Of a DNA stretch of 35,904 nucleotides, positions 34,301 to 35,904 are shown piece after piece (within the stretch, counting starts at the first letter, position 1; each line of letters begins with the position of its first letter). The DNA comes from Dimargaris cristalligena (taxonomy: Eukaryota). Under the pieces are notes generated by a model. It was not told where the DNA came from. It searched no databases and saw only the letters and a list, made by a program, of their open reading frames with translations. The position numbers and the translations under genes are program-made. Location of the stretch: contig ML002376.1 in assembly GCA_003614675.1 (NCBI GenBank), positions 1-35,904 of the forward strand. Reading direction: 5' to 3'.

Positions 34301-35904
34301 TCTGCTGCCAACCGGCGGGCGTGGTTCGATGTGGGATCTATGGACTCCCAAGACGATACCCAACTGCCCGCACAACTGACACCCCGGCCTCATCCACTTT
34401 CGGATGAAATGTTTCCCGATAATCTACCGTCCAGCCCCTCTGTGACTTCACAACTTGGTGCTCCGTTTGACCACTCGCGGGATCGATCGGATTCGTCGGC
34501 TCCTTCAAGTGGCTCAATTCGACGACCTCAACCCGTGTATCCATCTTTCCCATCCGACTTCGAACCCTCCCCCCCGCCGAGCTCTCTGCCCCGTACCGGG
34601 TCCTCACCCTACCGGGATGATAACCTGGGCCGTTCCTACGAACCTTCATCCACTTTCCCCTCGGCCCGCGAGTCCCCTTATTTGACAGCAGAGCCAGCTC
34701 GTGAGTCGAAAGAGCCACCTTTCAATTCGGTAGATGCCCTCCTAAACCGACTGGTCAACTCCCCCGAAATTTCTGTACGTGACCACTCACGGCCCAGCAG
34801 CCCTTTGACCCTGAGCGGCAGTTTAAGGGAAAGCGGTGCCCGGTCCTCGTTGGGCGACCGTCGGTTGTCGGGTTCCCCCGACCCGGGATTCCCGCGCAGT
34901 CAATCGCCAGCCCGGTCTCCCCTTCCGCCTCCCAATGTTCTACGCGCGGGGACTCCCACGAAGACTCTGCGGAGTAGTCCTCTGGCTATGCGGCCCAGCG
35001 ACAATCATGATGATGACGAGACCCCACCCTTAACTGCGGAACCTGTGCCTCCCCCACTTTTATTTGACTTCCCCGAACTCCAGCAGTCCCGTAATTTTCT
35101 CGCCAGTCGACGCAAACAGCCCAGTAGCCGACCCAGCTCGCCCCGTCCTGCCGAATCCGTTCTGGATGACTACATTGATAGTAGTATTCGGGGCACTCGG
35201 CCTTCTATCCCGTCCGTTGGATGACAGGACCGCCGTGGATCACTCGCCATCACCATCCCGCATGATCCGCCGCGAAGCAAGTCCCCTGCAACTCGGCGCG
35301 CTAGTCACTCGGCGGCGAACCAGGAATTGGGTAGGGAGTCTGCCTTCACGTATTCAAATGTCATCCGCAGTCACTCGCCTCTATTGACAAACTTGCTTCC
35401 AACTGATTCGCCCCAGCCCCGCACGCCCGATTTCCCAGGACCCGACTATACTTCCGGCCGGGACTCGCCCTCATTCCTGTCATCCTCCTTTGTCACCGCT
35501 GCCAACTCCGCCCCTTCATCATCGTCACCCTCGTCCTCGCTTACCCCGAGCGGCTCACGGCGACGTGCTGTGTCCCCTTCGTTGGATAACTTAGACCGCC
35601 GTCAACTCGTATCGTCATTTCTTAAAGAAAAACACGATGTTCGTGATTTGGGGTCGTCCACCTCCTTATCAAGCCCCATCACCGTTCCTCCCGGGCTGAT
35701 TCGCCAAACGTCGGCACGGGATCGAAGGGGCGGTTCTCCCACTCCGAGCAGCGCCGCTAGAGTGCGGACCGATCTGAGCCCAGCCATTCGGCCTGTTATG
35801 GGCTCCGGCCGTTCGTCGTCGCCCAGTCAAATATATGTGCGGCCCATGTCCCCTGGCATTCGCGCCCCCGAAATTCGCACACGCTCTCCCAGTCTAATCG
35901 GGCT
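31325..35904 (+). CDS. Large ankyrin-repeat plus Ser/Pro-rich disordered protein. 1299 aa to the TGA at 35222-35224, but the same frame stays open to the window end (probably 3'-partial)
   Basis: Ankyrin motifs at about 32249-32693 (WFHAIANGQLITVTSLL; RNTALHLAAFLGDKTVVKRLLDQGATATIKNRLGYCP). Frame 35225..35904 has no stop and the same S/P-rich composition. Confidence 0.8.

Noticed and set aside
35222-35224. Selenocysteine interpretation of the in-frame TGA
   Set aside because: It sits in a disordered S/P-rich region with no redox motif and belongs to no selenoprotein family I recognise; any SECIS would lie outside the window.
1-35904. tRNA, rRNA, snRNA, telomerase RNA or CRISPR arrays
   Set aside because: No cloverleaf around the GTTCGA hits (e.g. 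2632, 12532), no snRNA signature or regularly spaced repeats seen by eye; a covariance-model search would be needed to exclude divergent ncRNAs.

Overview
Eukaryotic genomic DNA with GT-AG spliceosomal introns. It is almost certainly fungal; gene content and style suggest an early-diverging fungus, which is inference. Two GC-rich blocks of conserved genes flank a roughly 14-kb AT-richer accessory interval. The left block holds the 3' end of a degenerate Set1/MLL-type SET-domain gene, a G/N/Q-rich 'beta-flanking'-type protein and a BCAS3/ATG18-related beta-propeller. The right block holds a 5-exon ASCC1/AKAP7-type 2H phosphoesterase head-to-head with WRAP53/TCAB1, a small GPI-anchored S/T-rich protein, and a very large ankyrin plus S/P-rich gene. 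That last reading frame continues for at least 226 codons past a single in-frame TGA. The accessory interval (about 9.6-23.6 kb) contains: two paralogous ~165-aa orphan genes (one intact, one needing a 1-nt shift in a C7 run); a frameshifted secreted Q/N/P-repeat gene; up to four decayed copies of another unknown coding family; and a sharply bounded CpG-depleted island enclosing a solo-LTR-like element. All family assignments come from motif recognition by eye, not database searches.
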